DNA of 64,000 bases from NCBI GenBank assembly GCA_023213395.1, contig CM041465.1, positions 90,837,741 to 90,901,740 on the forward strand, in the 5' to 3' direction. The first letter of the stretch is position 1. Every line of letters begins with the position of its first letter. The DNA comes from Cycas panzhihuaensis. Taxonomy: Eukaryota; Plantae; Cycadophyta. A program made the position numbers and the translations under genes. Below the pieces are notes generated by a model, which saw nothing but the letters and a program-made list of their open reading frames with translations, was not told the DNA's origin and ran no database searches. Of this stretch, positions 61,625 to 64,000 are shown piece by piece.

Positions 61625-64000
61625 ATTGACCATTCAAAGTCCCTCTTGAGCCCTCCACTCAAGAATATCCTATTGCTCATCATGCTTCCACTTCTCATCA
61701 TTTAGGTGGAGGATTTTCATCCATCCCTAGGCCTATCTACCCCCATTTTGGTAGACTTACTTCCTCTTATTTCACCTCAATTCCTAATCAAGTTCACCCT
61801 CATATAGCTCCACAACGAAATACTATGTAAACCATGAAACCTCTACCTTCCCCTTGCAAGAGAGCTCACCCTACGACACTGCCATATTCCACGTATGATA
61901 CCCAAACCTCTCATCCCCATGTAACTTTTAATCAATTGCAAATTACAAGGTCTATTAATCATCCTTATTCATCTTTCATCCCTAGGTTCGCACCACAACA
62001 TACTTCACCTTCTTTGTATTACAACTCCGCATTTCCTCAATACCCCATTCCGCAAACCAATCCTAGCGTTAATCCATATGTTTGGTTTAACCCTTCACAC
62101 TCGCTTTGAACTCATTCTTTATGTCATGAACGACAACCCCTGGCTTCATCCTTCCCTTAGTCATCCTCCTTACCTCAACATTGAGGCTAAGGAAGCCCTT
62201 TCTTGATTACATGAGGTCCCTTTTTCCACAAGAGGTCCTATGGCATCCGTGCCTCCTTTTTTTCCTAAAATTACCAAAATTTTTAGGTGAATCTTCCTAG
62301 GTTCCTACATCGCATATGCAAGCTTTTGCACTTGCATGTACTGACTTTATGTCATATGATTATGTGATGATGCGACTTTTTCCTAAATCACTTCAAAGTG
62401 ATGCTTTGAAGTGGTTCTATCGCCTTCCTTCTGCATCTATTTTCTCTTTTCAACAATTGGTGGACTCATTTATTAATTATTTTGATGTTGCAAGGCCCTT
62501 TGAGTTCGGAATTAAATCTTTGCTTGTGATAAAACAAAATCATGATGAAACTTCTCGAGACTTTGTTAGGAGGTTTCAGGATCAAGTCCATGCTTGTCAT
62601 TCTCCTTTAGACTCCAGTCTCCTTTTTGACCTCTTTACCAATGCTTTAAGGCCCCATGTCCATTTGGAGGTCCTGAAGCTTGGTCCTCATACCTATGAAG
62701 AAGCTATTGATAGATGCCTAGCCCTTGAAACTTTTATGATTCAAGCAAGGATTAAGAAAGTTGGCAAGTCATTACGACCTAAAAAATCAATTCAAACACC
62801 TAAATCATCTCATTTTGAGCCAACTTATGACTAGCTTACCTCATCCATTAGATCATTGGAGCGAACTATAAATACTAAATTGCGTATTAACAACCCTCCT
62901 CCTAATCCATCCAATCAAGAAGTTAAGGTTATACACCTCACTAAAGGAAAGAAACGTCAAAATCCTCCTACCCCTCCTCCAGTGAAGAAAACCAAATGGT
63001 GCTTATATCACCAAATCGACAATCATGATAGAAGTCAATGTTGTGTGGTACAAGCGATGAGTCATAAACCTCAACCTCAAGATGGTAAGACTTCTAAGCC
63101 TAATCAAGATCGACTTGTTCACAAGGACCCGTTGCCACACCATGAATCTAAGGAAAGTAAGGATAAAGATAAAGGCAAAACTAAGCAAGCAGAAGCTAGT
63201 GAAGATGAGGGTTTGGAATCTGATCCAACTAAGAAATCAAACACCACATATTATACAATGGGAAAACGAACTAGTAATCAAACTCGCCCACCTCCTAGAG
63301 GTGGAGAAGCCAAGAGAACCATCAATATGGTCAGGGTTACAAAGAACTCAGGGCCAACCAAATCACTTGATGATTTGACTATCAAGAATCCTGATTCTTT
63401 GCCGCTTGTTCCTCCTTGTCCTATTCGGTTCCGATCTATTCCTTTTACTCTAAGGGATGAATCCTTCTCTTTGGTTGAGGAGTTGAAGACAATTCTTGCA
63501 AGAATATCAGTTATGGATTTGCTAAAGTGTTGCCTCAAATAAAGACAATCACTATTTGATGCTTTAGGAGTTCCCACTCCTAATATTTCACCTGGTCTGA
63601 CTCTCTCTTTTGATTTAGCTGCCTTGCCTAGTAATTCGAAACATGCTCCTAATGAAATTCCACCTTTCTACATTGAGATTTCTAAAGATGACATTAATAT
63701 TCACTAAGTCATTGCTGACGAAGGCTCATCTGTAAATGTGATTCCTCTTTGTCTTGTTAAAGACTTAGAAATTTCTGTTTTTGGACCATGTGAATGGATC
63801 TGTTAAGGCTATGACAAGAACCAGAAAATCCCTTTTGGACAGGTTGCTCTCCCTTTGATGTTAGAAGGGAAGACGATCTTGGTTGACCTAACTATCATTG
63901 ATTTAGACCTTGGATATAACATCCTCCTGGGTAGGCCATGGATTACCGAGATGTCCGCTGTTTGTTCCTCCCTCTTTGGTGAACTTAGGTTCATTCATGA
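61625..64000 (+). mobile_element. Element F: Ty3/Gypsy gag-protease region (non-chromovirus type), no 5' LTR seen, runs off the window
   Basis: Pro-rich leader; RLFPKSLQSDALKWFYRLPSASIFSFQQL..F, IKQNHDETSRDFVRRF; WCLYHQIDNHDRSQC; protease IADEGSSVNVIP and YNILLGRPWI. Confidence 0.85.

Larger units (their letters stand above)
23227..64000 (+). other. Probable giant TE-filled intron of the CONSTANS-like gene (acceptor beyond the window)
   Basis: GT donor after codon 191. No CCT-domain or other host exon is recognisable downstream, and from ~24.4 kb nearly all sequence is assigned to retroelements. Confidence 0.65.

Noticed and set aside
61603-61701. N-terminal part of the 158-aa minus-strand ORF at 61225-61701 as a new fusion protein
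   Set aside because: Chance open frame across the Z/F junction. Only the part from 61602 looks like gag.

Overview
Plant nuclear DNA, inferred to be from a large-genome seed plant such as a gymnosperm. It is mostly decayed retroelements around one host gene. From left to right: the 3' end of a Copia element (1-677); a full-length but decayed L1 LINE with an RNase H domain and a 15-bp target-site duplication (TSD) (3638-9829); an old Copia element (12158-18336); and the promoter and first coding exon (22654-23226) of a two-B-box CONSTANS-like gene of the COL9-COL15 type. No further exon is recognisable, so the remaining ~40.8 kb is probably one giant intron. That stretch holds a truncated non-L1 LINE and a TSD-resolved stack of LTR retrotransposons nested four deep. 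Element Z (minus, gag-protease only) contains chromovirus A (27010-60754). A contains Gypsy B (in its 5' LTR), non-coding element D (in gag) and Copia E (in RT), and D contains Gypsy C. Another Gypsy gag-protease region (F) runs off the right edge. The most unusual observations are: (1) element C carries two extra capsid-like domains between protease and RT, closer to the Gag of element B than to its own; (2) B and C each carry a plant-mobile-domain-like extra ORF after integrase, preceded by an element-specific CpG-containing motif array, a candidate anti-silencing module; (3) the LTRs of D have absorbed a former primer-binding site (PBS); (4) the non-L1 LINE ends in a canonical PIP-box motif. 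All protein family calls come from reading motifs by eye; no database search was run.
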